Source of the DNA: Candidatus Thorarchaeota archaeon
Lineage (GTDB): Archaea > Asgardarchaeota > Thorarchaeia > Thorarchaeales > Thorarchaeaceae
Direction of reading: 5' to 3'
Assembly: GCA_011364905.1 (NCBI GenBank)
Contig: RDNZ01000006.1
Coordinates: 34,865-98,864, forward strand
Length of the DNA: 64,000 bases
Positions within the stretch are counted from its first letter, which is position 1; each line of letters starts with the position of its first letter. The position numbers and the translations under genes were made by a program. Shown in pieces: positions 55,482 through 64,000 of the stretch. The notes below the pieces were generated by a model. The model was not told the DNA's origin, searched no databases, and saw only the letters and a program-made list of their open reading frames with translations.

Positions 55482-57221
55482 TCACCCTGACATCAATAGC
55501 ATTGACGTGATTTCAGCTCTCAGGTCATCTTCAGAAACATATCCAGCAATCTGTTTGCTGCCCATGTGAATAGTTGGAAGAGCAGGTAAATCTCCTTCAG
55601 CAACACCTGATGCAGGGTCATCAACATTGATGAGATTGATAGTTGATGGACTAATATTCATCTCTGCTAAGACTGCAGTTAGAGACTCCAAGACCGGACT
55701 ACAAAATACACAATGTTCAGATTTGTAAAACACAATCGGAGGAATCTTGAGCTCTTCCTTCCATACTGGCAATAGCAAAACGAACCTATTGCCTTTTGTC
55801 GGATCAGATGGGTTTCTATCTTCAACCCATACTCTCCCGCCCAGATTTTCGATATACCTGTCAACAACAATTAATCCAAGACCCTTCCCTGCTAATTGTG
55901 CCTCAGGATCTCCATCTCGCCTGAAAATCTGGTCCTTGAGATCATCAGGAATTCCAGGACTATGGTCTAGAAATTCGATTCGGACCATGTCGCCATCTTC
56001 AGTGCTAGCAGCCGTAATCTCAAGTTTTACAGTAGTATTCGGATCTTCACTCGCGCAGTAGTGTATAATATTGAAGAAGATATACCACATGAAAGCATGA
56101 CCCACAACATCAAACGACTGCTTGGGAATGTTCGATTCGATATCAAGAGTTTTCCACGAGAAGTCTCGTGTAGCCTCTCTAACAGCTTTATTGAAATGAG
56201 GCTGAAGGCGTGTTTCTACCTTTTCGGGAGGCGATTGGCCAAGTGAAATCAGCACGCCCATGTTGGCAATCATTCTGCCTGCACTTCGAACACTCCAAGC
56301 TGTTTCACCTAAGAGACCTCGGAGACGGTCCGGAAGGTCAAGCGAGATAGTCAGGTCCTCCAGAGCAAACAAAACATTCTGGTTAGTCATGTTCAAGTCG
56401 CTACTCATGACCTCCATGTACAAGTTTGCCCGTTGACTCTCGTGTCTGAGTCTAGCCTCCACAGCGCGCCTGGAGGTCACATCAAATGCAGTGAGTCCGA
56501 TTTCGCTTAACTTCTCGGTTCCTGATGAAAGAGGACTTGAGGAAATATTGGTCCAGATGATCTTTCCGTCCCCTCTCTTCATCTGAATCTCTAGACCTCT
56601 GACAGCTCTCCCTCGTAGGGCTTCTTTAACAATGTCTGCACCTGGGTCATACCGAGGTTCTGGATCCGGTAGAAATTCAGAGAGTGATTTGCCAATGAGC
56701 TGATCAGCTTCACAGCCAAGCAACTCCTCAGCCGCAGCATTCACTTGCTCAATGTTGCCATTCCGGTTCAGAGTGAAGTATGCAACAGGAGACATATCAT
56801 ACAAAGTAGCGAAGCGGTTCTCCAGCTCGGAAACTGCTGCTTCAAGCTCCATCTGAGTTGTGACATTTCGAATAGTAGCAATGACAGCAGGCGAGCCTTT
56901 CAGTTTGATCTCTATTGGAGTAATTTCAACATGAAGAATCTCATTATTGCTTGATACCAGACGAGTGTTGAATCGAGTCGAGTCTTGACCGGTAGTAAGT
57001 GCCTCAATCATATCTTGGTCGCGCCTTCGAGACATTGGCTCGACGAGTTCCACGAAAGGCATGTCAAGAAGGTCTTCTTTCTTGAATCCAAGCATATCAG
57101 TGAACGCACTATTTGAGAGAATAATGTCCTCATCCTGAATGACCACAAATCCATCTCGGACAACTTCCATGACCTTGTGTAACCAAGATGTTTCGTCATT
57201 CGTATCAGGCACTTGTGACAC
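55482..57221 (-). CDS. PAS-PAS pseudo-histidine kinase with C-terminal CxxC thioredoxin-fold domain
   Basis: Collinear paralogue of 36937..38709, but H-box VMSSDLNM (no His), N-box NIIHYC, G1 DHSPG; tail FYKSEHCVFC...INVDD...LPALPTI...GYVS. Confidence 0.88.
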   Translation of the reverse strand: MSQVPDTNDETSWLHKVMEVVRDGFVVIQDEDIILSNSAFTDMLGFKKEDLLDMPFVELVEPMSRRRDQDMIEALTTGQDSTRFNTRLVSSNNEILHVEITPIEIKLKGSPAVIATIRNVTTQMELEAAVSELENRFATLYDMSPVAYFTLNRNGNIEQVNAAAEELLGCEADQLIGKSLSEFLPDPEPRYDPGADIVKEALRGRAVRGLEIQMKRGDGKIIWTNISSSPLSSGTEKLSEIGLTAFDVTSRRAVEARLRHESQRANLYMEVMSSDLNMTNQNVLFALEDLTISLDLPDRLRGLLGETAWSVRSAGRMIANMGVLISLGQSPPEKVETRLQPHFNKAVREATRDFSWKTLDIESNIPKQSFDVVGHAFMWYIFFNIIHYCASEDPNTTVKLEITAASTEDGDMVRIEFLDHSPGIPDDLKDQIFRRDGDPEAQLAGKGLGLIVVDRYIENLGGRVWVEDRNPSDPTKGNRFVLLLPVWKEELKIPPIVFYKSEHCVFCSPVLESLTAVLAEMNISPSTINLINVDDPASGVAEGDLPALPTIHMGSKQIAGYVSEDDLRAEITSMLLMSG

Positions 57222-57372
57222 CAGTAACTATACCGTGCTACAAGGGTGTACATAAACAATCGTCGCCTAGATTCACTCGATTTTTAAGGCAAACTAAATA
57301 GTGCATCTCCTCTGCCATTGTCCAACCTTGAAGATATCCCGATGGGTCTTCGCCCAAGGCGTGGGATTCGTT

Positions 57373-58659
57373 ATGAGATATGAGTGTGTTAAAGCAAAGT
57401 CACTCCTTTCCAAGCCACATGTTGCAGAAGGGTGGTTCCACATGAACAGAAGCCTGAATGCATACAGAGGGTGTGAGCATGGATGTGTTTATTGTGATGG
57501 CAACTCAGAGTACTATCATGTAGATAACTTCTATTCCCGTATCCAAGTGAAGGAAAATGCAGCACAAGTTCTGCGTAAGGAACTCAAGAAAATTGGATTT
57601 ACTTCCAGGTCCGAGTTAGAAACTGAAACACTATGGAAATTCCTCGATGATGAAGATGCAAAGAGGATTGCGGAAAAGGTACCGCGAAAGATAGTGATTG
57701 GAGTTTGTGGAGGAGTGAGTGACGGCTTTCAACAAGCGGAACAAGTACACAAGGTGACCTATCGAATTCTGGAATCTCTTCTCGACTATGGCTTGCCAGT
57801 GTTCATTCTCACAAAATCCACCTTGGTATTAGAATACTTGGATCTCCTCAAGGAGATTAATGAACGAGCATTTGCGAATGTTGTGTTCACAATAACCTGT
57901 GCTGATGATAGTGTTCAAAGTGTTTTCGAGCCAAAAGCTGCTTCAACATCTGAACGGTTCGATGCACTGAAGGAGATACGAAAAGCGGGACTTTTTGGTG
58001 GAGTAATGGCGACACCTATCATTCCAACAATTGGGGACAATGTTGAGAATATGACCAGTCTCGTGAAGAAAACGAAAGCAACGGGCGGCGAGTTCATTCA
58101 GTTCGGAGGCATGACACTCAAGCCGGGTCGTCAAAAGGAATACTTCATGCGAGTGATAAAAAGACGGTATCAAGAAAACTATGACCTGATTGAAAGGATC
58201 TATGAGAATAACAATACCTATGGTCAACCAATCTGGAAACGATTGCCCGTCAATGTGATGGTCATGGGACACCATCTTTGCAAACAACACGGTGTGAGGG
58301 ATAGAAGCGTTCGACATAAGATACCTTACGAATATGAGTCCAATAACAGGGTCTTGGCGGTCTTGCTTGACATTGTCTTCAGAATGAACATGTTCTTTGG
58401 AATGTCCAGAAGTGCAACGAAACCATATTGGGAACTCGCTGCAAGAATCGAACGCGGTGTCGATGAGCTTGCGAAACTTCGGTCAGAGGGCGAGCTGGAA
58501 GAGCGTCTTATGATTAATGACACAATGGGTGAAACAGTGAATGAAATCTTGGATTCAGGAACCTGTAGAGTGTTGGAGAACCTTGAAACAAGAATAGATA
58601 CAATGGCAAACATGGAGATCGATTCAGATATCAGAACTTCGCCTGATGAGTTTGTTTAG
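57373..58659 (+). CDS. Radical SAM protein (SplB/Rv2578c-like) with C-terminal helical extension
   Basis: NAYRGCEHGCVYC, ILTKS, FEP.A.S..ERF, PIIP; C-terminal PolX-N-like helices. Confidence 0.88.
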   Translation: MRYECVKAKSLLSKPHVAEGWFHMNRSLNAYRGCEHGCVYCDGNSEYYHVDNFYSRIQVKENAAQVLRKELKKIGFTSRSELETETLWKFLDDEDAKRIAEKVPRKIVIGVCGGVSDGFQQAEQVHKVTYRILESLLDYGLPVFILTKSTLVLEYLDLLKEINERAFANVVFTITCADDSVQSVFEPKAASTSERFDALKEIRKAGLFGGVMATPIIPTIGDNVENMTSLVKKTKATGGEFIQFGGMTLKPGRQKEYFMRVIKRRYQENYDLIERIYENNNTYGQPIWKRLPVNVMVMGHHLCKQHGVRDRSVRHKIPYEYESNNRVLAVLLDIVFRMNMFFGMSRSATKPYWELAARIERGVDELAKLRSEGELEERLMINDTMGETVNEILDSGTCRVLENLETRIDTMANMEIDSDIRTSPDEFV

Positions 58660-58710
58660 CAAGGCCATGTTTCAAGGGCACTTTTTGAAGTGCTATCTAA
58701 TATGCAAGGT

Positions 58711-59790
58711 TCATTCAGCAGATTTGAATAATACTACTTCGTGAAGCGTCGAGCCTTCCTCTCTATAGGTTTGACCTTTGTGAGTCACCTCAAGATCAAA
58801 ATTAGAAAGCAGTCGGAAGTATCCTGGTTTCATTCGAAGCACATACTTTGCAAGGAAACGGAGAACAGGATTGAAATTCTCCAACATGTCCTGAGCCTCA
58901 AGCACCTTATCGACTTCCAATGTAGCCTTCATCTCATTAGGAACAATGATTGAAATCTTGTGGGGAAAACTGTGCTTTGCTTTTGGGCTAAACTCAAAGT
59001 CTTCCTTGATGAACTCATATTCACCTGAGCTGATAATAGGCTCTTCGCCCTTTGCAAGTAGGAGGACTTTCACCGGATGTCTGTTTACTTTTTCATTGCA
59101 TTGTATGAAAGCATATGCTACCGTGAAGTTCTTGGAATAGATTCTACCCCACATCCAATATTCAATGATGCTTTGGAATGCAAAATTCAACCAGTTGTGA
59201 TCGTGATATCCTACACCCTTCACTGACATTGTTTTTGTGCCATCTCTTACTATCCCTTCCACTGAAGCTCTAGGTAATGGGACGACCCATGCAAAATAAC
59301 CAAGGTCTGCAAAATGAGAATATCCATTACCAGGTTGCCAACCTTTAACCTCTGCCTTGTAGGTCAGGTCGAACATGAGATCCTCATCTTCAAGGAAGAT
59401 CTTGTAAACTGGAAGACCATCATCAGATAGTTCTGCTTCCAACGTGTTGTTTCCAATGGTAACATGAGGCGTTTCTCGTGAAGCATAGAATTGGGATTTG
59501 TTGTACTTGATGACCTTCTGGGTCTTACGACCATCAGGTCTCAGAAGGGTCAGTTCAACTGCTATTTTGCCCTGATCGAGCCCCGGGTTTGGATATGCGG
59601 CGTAAAAGAATGCAACTAGAGTGTAACCGCCCTCTAAATGAGCATCAAAATACCACCACTCAAACTGGTTCTTTGCTCCAACTTCAATATGTAGCGCATT
59701 TTCTTCATGTCTCATAGGAAGTATTGTCCCATCTCGCCTTCCAGGTCCAGTCCATCCTTCCTTGACTATAGAGTCTGTGTTTTCTTCCAC
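58711..59790 (-). CDS. Lipocalin-like CrtC/AttH (hydroxyneurosporene synthase-like) protein
   Basis: FEWWYFDA, GVGYHDHNW, W.WGR. Confidence 0.75.
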   Translation of the reverse strand: MEENTDSIVKEGWTGPGRRDGTILPMRHEENALHIEVGAKNQFEWWYFDAHLEGGYTLVAFFYAAYPNPGLDQGKIAVELTLLRPDGRKTQKVIKYNKSQFYASRETPHVTIGNNTLEAELSDDGLPVYKIFLEDEDLMFDLTYKAEVKGWQPGNGYSHFADLGYFAWVVPLPRASVEGIVRDGTKTMSVKGVGYHDHNWLNFAFQSIIEYWMWGRIYSKNFTVAYAFIQCNEKVNRHPVKVLLLAKGEEPIISSGEYEFIKEDFEFSPKAKHSFPHKISIIVPNEMKATLEVDKVLEAQDMLENFNPVLRFLAKYVLRMKPGYFRLLSNFDLEVTHKGQTYREEGSTLHEVVLFKSAE

Positions 59791-59796
59791 ATCTTA

Positions 59797-61377
59797 CTAC
59801 TCCTTTTTGCTTGCTGAAATGTAGTGACTTGAGTCTCCAACCCCTTTTGGATCGAATGTAGCCTTTATCTTCCGTAACCACTTGGGATAGTCCATGGTTC
59901 TAGGCCCATAGTAATCATGCACTTTGTCTCCAACGATAAAGAATGGCATACCAAGTGCATTTTGAAGATCAACTTCATTACATTCGTCCTGATACTCAGT
60001 GTATCCTTTACAAGACTCCACTGACGCTGCGTTATAGACGGTGGGAACTTCAAGGTGGGCTGTATGCCCGCCCTCGTAAGCCGTAGTCCACACGCCTTCG
60101 CCTCTGTCATCGCCTATCACACCTTTCTCGATGTATTTGGCTTTGATTGGCTGGTTGATTTCTGCAATCCTAACTGCAAGAGAGATTGAATCCATCCCTC
60201 CGTGAGTGCTCTGAAAACAGTTAGAAAATCGAAATGCATGACCACCTAACATGTTCCTGACTGACTCAGCATAATGAGAGTCCCTAGGAACGATTACTCC
60301 GTCTTCTATTAGGTCATTTCCGCCATGTTTCTCCATTATGGCTTTGATAAGTTTGGTTCGATAGTTAAACTCACGCTCAGTGTGCGCAGTCACGAGGACT
60401 ATGAAGTATCTCTTTGCGTGAAGAAGAACTCCTCCGAAAATTGCTTCAATTGCCTCCATCTTTGTATCTGTGAATAGACCTGCCAATCCCTCAGCAGAGG
60501 AGCAACTCGCCATCATGACTGCATCGTGATCATTCACTTCATAGAATGCTGGTTCAAACTGCTCCCATTCAGTGAAGTTCAGTACGAACATTTTCCAGTA
60601 AGGGGGTATTTTCCATTCATAGTGCGGGACTGTTCCGCTGATCTCCCATTTCCAGTCACTTGGGGCTGGCCAAGAGTAGAGCTTGATCGCAGCTTTAGTG
60701 AACACGCCAAGCCCGCCATAGGCACCCATCCAGCCTCGGATCACACCGCGCATGCTGAATCCAGGGCCATCACCACTGAACCATTTTCCACTGTGCTCAT
60801 ACGAGCCAATCTTCAGGAGTTCACCGTTCGGAAGTACCCATTCTGCGCCTAGAAGATTTCGACCGCTAAAACCCGTGTAAGGCGAAGTGAAACCTGGTCC
60901 GACAAACGACGTGTGACTCGCCAGTGGTGATGTCTGTGGACCTGCACCCTGAGCATGATGCATGAGACCATACTTGAAAAGCTCAGCTTGAAGCTCAGCA
61001 TTCGTCACATAGGGTTCAATGACCGCATACATGTTTTTGGCATCGATTTCGATGATCCTATTCATCCGTCTTAGATCAATTTGGATGGATCGGGTATGAG
61101 AAACACCGGCCCATGGCCCCATGCCAGTGCTGAGTGCCTTGAACTTAATGTCATGTTCGTTGCAGATTTTGACTATGGCTTGTACTTCATCGGTTGTTTC
61201 GGGAAGAACTACCGCAGCAGGCCTTGTACCGAATCGTGTAGGTTCCTTCCCCCTTTGTACGCTTTCGATTTCAGTGCCCCATTGGAATGCATATGTGTCC
61301 AGAATTGCTGGAGATTGCGTGATGAATTTCTCGCCCACAATAGCACTAAGCTTTCCGTAGACGTCAGGCTCTAACAT
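59797..61377 (-). CDS. FAD-binding oxidoreductase (VAO/GlcD family)
   Basis: PAAVVLPETTDEVQ, IDLRRMNRI, EWVLPNGE, LGVFTK, KIKATFDP. Confidence 0.88.
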   Translation of the reverse strand: MLEPDVYGKLSAIVGEKFITQSPAILDTYAFQWGTEIESVQRGKEPTRFGTRPAAVVLPETTDEVQAIVKICNEHDIKFKALSTGMGPWAGVSHTRSIQIDLRRMNRIIEIDAKNMYAVIEPYVTNAELQAELFKYGLMHHAQGAGPQTSPLASHTSFVGPGFTSPYTGFSGRNLLGAEWVLPNGELLKIGSYEHSGKWFSGDGPGFSMRGVIRGWMGAYGGLGVFTKAAIKLYSWPAPSDWKWEISGTVPHYEWKIPPYWKMFVLNFTEWEQFEPAFYEVNDHDAVMMASCSSAEGLAGLFTDTKMEAIEAIFGGVLLHAKRYFIVLVTAHTEREFNYRTKLIKAIMEKHGGNDLIEDGVIVPRDSHYAESVRNMLGGHAFRFSNCFQSTHGGMDSISLAVRIAEINQPIKAKYIEKGVIGDDRGEGVWTTAYEGGHTAHLEVPTVYNAASVESCKGYTEYQDECNEVDLQNALGMPFFIVGDKVHDYYGPRTMDYPKWLRKIKATFDPKGVGDSSHYISASKKE

Positions 61378-62649
61378 TCACTCATCACCCTCCAAACTTT
61401 TCGCTACAAGTTGCGTGAGGTCATAGAAGTCCATAGGGTCATCTCTGGTACTCAGTGCATCCTGAAGGTTTGTTTTGCAGAATGGGCATGCTGAAACCAA
61501 AGCGTTGGCACCAGTGGACTTAGCCTCTTCAACCCGCTCATTTGCGGCGAAGAGTGCGAAATCAGGATAGGCCGACTTACATCCAGCCCCAGCTCCGCAA
61601 CAGTAGGAGTACTCACGTATGCGTTCCATTTCAACTAGCTCCACGCCCGGAAGTTGCTTTAGCACATTACGTGGAGCATCATAGACTCCGTTTGTGCCCT
61701 GTCGCAATGGCTTCGGAGGATCCCAGATAAAGACCTGAGACAGGAGTTCCACTTTCTCTCCTTCATATGGTTCGTAAGGCTCAGACATCCTACCTAGATG
61801 GCAAGGGTCGTGATACGTGACCTTGAGAGGGATCTCCTTAGTAGGCTTTAATCGACCCTCCTTAAGGAGCTCATCAACAAGTTGCGATATGTGAATAACC
61901 TCAAAGTCATGCTCCACAAATCGCGGATACTCGGTTTTGAGCATGTTGAAACAGCCTGCACAAGAAGTGATGATCCGTTTGATCCCAAGCTTGGTGAAAT
62001 GCTTCACATTGCTTGACATGATTTCGATTGCGCTCTTCCTGTCACCCACTCGATAGACTGGACTGCCGCAACACATTTCGTCAGACCCGAGTATTCTGAA
62101 GGGCTCTTTGGCTGCATTGAGGATTTTTGCAGTGCTGCGAGCTATCTCTTCTCTCCTGAGAGAAGCAGTGCATCCAACGAAGTAGAGAGTGGTTGAGTTC
62201 TCATCTAATTCAACATCCTCGGGTAGCCAGTCAGATCTCTTCTCAATTGGTTCACCGTACGGATTCTGGTTTTTCTTGACAAGCTCAATGTACTTCTTAT
62301 GAGCCGGCATTGGGCCAACGCCTTCTTCGACAGCCAGAGTTCTGAGTTCATGGATCACTTCGTTTGGTTCAAAATCATACACCCATTTACAGGCAACGTC
62401 GCAACCACCACAATTTGTGCACTGATAGAGTACATCAAGCATTTCGGGAGTCCATTCAAGGCGACCTTTATGATAGGCATTGGCCATGATCATCCTCCCG
62501 CCGCCGGAATATGCATGAAAATTGTAATATTGTATCGATGGGCAGACATGAGAGAATCTTTTACTCTTGATGGCAATCTGTGGGATATACTTGCATTTCG
62601 AGCATCGGACACAGCTGTCCATCATCTCTTCGAACTGCTCAAGACTCAT
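61378..62649 (-). CDS. Fe-S oxidoreductase, GlcF/HdrD-like (4Fe-4S + two CCG domains)
   Basis: CVRCSKC, CTNCGGCDVAC, CCGSP, SCAGC, YHDPCHL, CCGAG, ACPFC; ATGA coupling. Confidence 0.9.
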   Translation of the reverse strand: MSLEQFEEMMDSCVRCSKCKYIPQIAIKSKRFSHVCPSIQYYNFHAYSGGGRMIMANAYHKGRLEWTPEMLDVLYQCTNCGGCDVACKWVYDFEPNEVIHELRTLAVEEGVGPMPAHKKYIELVKKNQNPYGEPIEKRSDWLPEDVELDENSTTLYFVGCTASLRREEIARSTAKILNAAKEPFRILGSDEMCCGSPVYRVGDRKSAIEIMSSNVKHFTKLGIKRIITSCAGCFNMLKTEYPRFVEHDFEVIHISQLVDELLKEGRLKPTKEIPLKVTYHDPCHLGRMSEPYEPYEGEKVELLSQVFIWDPPKPLRQGTNGVYDAPRNVLKQLPGVELVEMERIREYSYCCGAGAGCKSAYPDFALFAANERVEEAKSTGANALVSACPFCKTNLQDALSTRDDPMDFYDLTQLVAKSLEGDE

Positions 62650-64000
62650 TTGGGCACCTCCTTGAAACATAAAGTGCCAGGATTCAACACATTGTTTGGA
62701 TCAAAGATCTTCTTTACACTCCGAAGTGCCTCCACCATTTCAGGTGATGCCTTCTCAAACACAGAGTCAGTGATTACACCATATGGTCGACTGAAGAAAG
62801 CGCCTTCGTCTAGTAGTTGCTGCTGACCTTCATTCAACAATTGTCTTGCATTCTCTGTATCTTTTGCATCATCAGGATTGTAGTACAAGTCAAAACTGCA
62901 GTGGGTGTTCACCCCTTGGACTACTGGTTGTATATACACACCGATTTGATCAGATGGAAAGCCGATGTTGTTTGCGGCTCCTAAAAATGCAGAGTAGAGC
63001 TTTGGAACTTGGTCCAGCGTGGTGGAGAACAGTACTTCACTGCAGCTCCCCTTTGGAAAGAATTTCCAATAAGGCTCAGTACTTGGTCTGTTCAGAAGCG
63101 ACTTCACATCCTCAGCTTTGAGAGGTCCGAGGGTATCACCGAGGTCTACATCTTTCTCTTTGGCGATATCCATAGTGTCTCCAACGCGATACTCAATCTC
63201 ATTTTTCGCGAGAATGCCATGACCGGAGACCCCTATCACTAGTATCCATGGAGGGAGTTTCTCATTCCGCCCTAAAGCAGCGTTGAGGCAAGTCCGGTTC
63301 AGAATGAAGTGCTCATCAGCCAATCTTCTCCTAAGGAGCTGGTAGTTGAATGCTTCTAGGTCTTCCAAATCCCCAGCACCTGCGAAGAGAACATTGTGTT
63401 TCTCTGGGAGGAACTCACATTTCATTGAAATCCAAGTAGTAATCCCAATCGTACCTTGAGACCCTTGTATTATTCTGAAAGGATCAAACTGAGAGGGCCC
63501 TTGAGGATTCTTCTGAGCTTGTCCAGATGCCCACTGCTCCTCTAGGCTACCGGGCCCAGCTGCAGAGCCAGTCCTTAGAATTTCCCCAGAACCAAACACC
63601 GTTTCCGTGCAAAGTAGGGGGTCAGAAGAATCCCAATGAAAACGAGGAGTGGTGATAGGTTCTCTGTCCAGGCAACTGGCCAAGACTGATTTTGATGCTT
63701 TCGGGAGAAAGGGCATCAATGGGCGAAGACCATGTTCTCCCAGGGCGGGAATAAGCTCTGAAAATGTAACCCCAGGTTCGAGCATCACGACCTTGTTTTT
63801 CCTATCGATTCGTATGATTCTCTTCATCCGACTCAGATCAACGATTACTGCATCATTTCTCTTGGGCAGTGATGAACCTCGACGTCTTGGTCTGCCTGAA
63901 CTCACAGGAATGAGTGCTATTGAGTTTGCATTGGCCCACTTCACGATTTCAAGCACTTCATCAGGTGAGTCTGGCCAGACAACCAATTGAGGAGAGATCG
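62646..64000 (-). CDS. FAD-binding oxidoreductase (VAO/GlcD family), 5'-truncated by the window edge
   Basis: VVWPDSPDEV, VDLSRMKRI, EPGVT, GSQGTIGI, KKIFDPNNVLNPG; frame open to the edge. Confidence 0.88.
   Translation of the reverse strand, partial: ISPQLVVWPDSPDEVLEIVKWANANSIALIPVSSGRPRRRGSSLPKRNDAVIVDLSRMKRIIRIDRKNKVVMLEPGVTFSELIPALGEHGLRPLMPFLPKASKSVLASCLDREPITTPRFHWDSSDPLLCTETVFGSGEILRTGSAAGPGSLEEQWASGQAQKNPQGPSQFDPFRIIQGSQGTIGITTWISMKCEFLPEKHNVLFAGAGDLEDLEAFNYQLLRRRLADEHFILNRTCLNAALGRNEKLPPWILVIGVSGHGILAKNEIEYRVGDTMDIAKEKDVDLGDTLGPLKAEDVKSLLNRPSTEPYWKFFPKGSCSEVLFSTTLDQVPKLYSAFLGAANNIGFPSDQIGVYIQPVVQGVNTHCSFDLYYNPDDAKDTENARQLLNEGQQQLLDEGAFFSRPYGVITDSVFEKASPEMVEALRSVKKIFDPNNVLNPGTLCFKEVPK

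Noticed and set aside
1-64000. tRNA, rRNA, transposase, integrase or defence-system genes
   Set aside because: No cloverleaf or T-loop signature in intergenic gaps and no such protein motifs seen; a tRNAscan/Infernal run would be needed to exclude small RNAs

Overview
Gene-dense archaeal chromosomal window, most likely from an Asgard archaeon of the Thorarchaeia type. This is inferred from a single-domain gelsolin, tandem 'IDLSPL' LRR paralogues, NosD-type and TM-anchored surface proteins, cofE, PAS histidine kinases and archaeal TATA/GGAGG-GGTGA signals. About 60 CDSs cover purine and amino-acid salvage, a MoxR-vWA pair, redox and sulfur-relay genes (CcdA/TlpA, TusA, DsrE), an NfeD-flotillin locus, an ArsR-CadA metal efflux unit, DNA repair (SfsA, DinB, radical SAM), an orphan EutA and a FAD-oxidoreductase/Fe-S operon cut by the right edge. 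I found no rRNA, tRNA, CRISPR array or mobile element. The most striking observation is two paralogous PAS-PAS-histidine kinases that each end in a CVFC thioredoxin-fold domain. One is catalytically intact and sits beside tusA/dsrE; the other is a pseudokinase (His->Ser, degenerate N and G1 boxes). A REC-DHp protein without an ATPase domain lies between them, so together they are a candidate thiol/persulfide-gated signalling system. Other highlights: a vWA protein that begins with a copy of its ATPase's lid, a pair of Zn-ribbon+B-box membrane proteins opposite a CYSTM-like peptide, an ECF S-component coupled to cofE, a ~30-His DHDV repeat in the flotillin partner, a triple PadR operator, and a radical SAM fused to a PolX 8-kDa-like domain. 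All assignments come from reading motifs by eye; no database searches were run.
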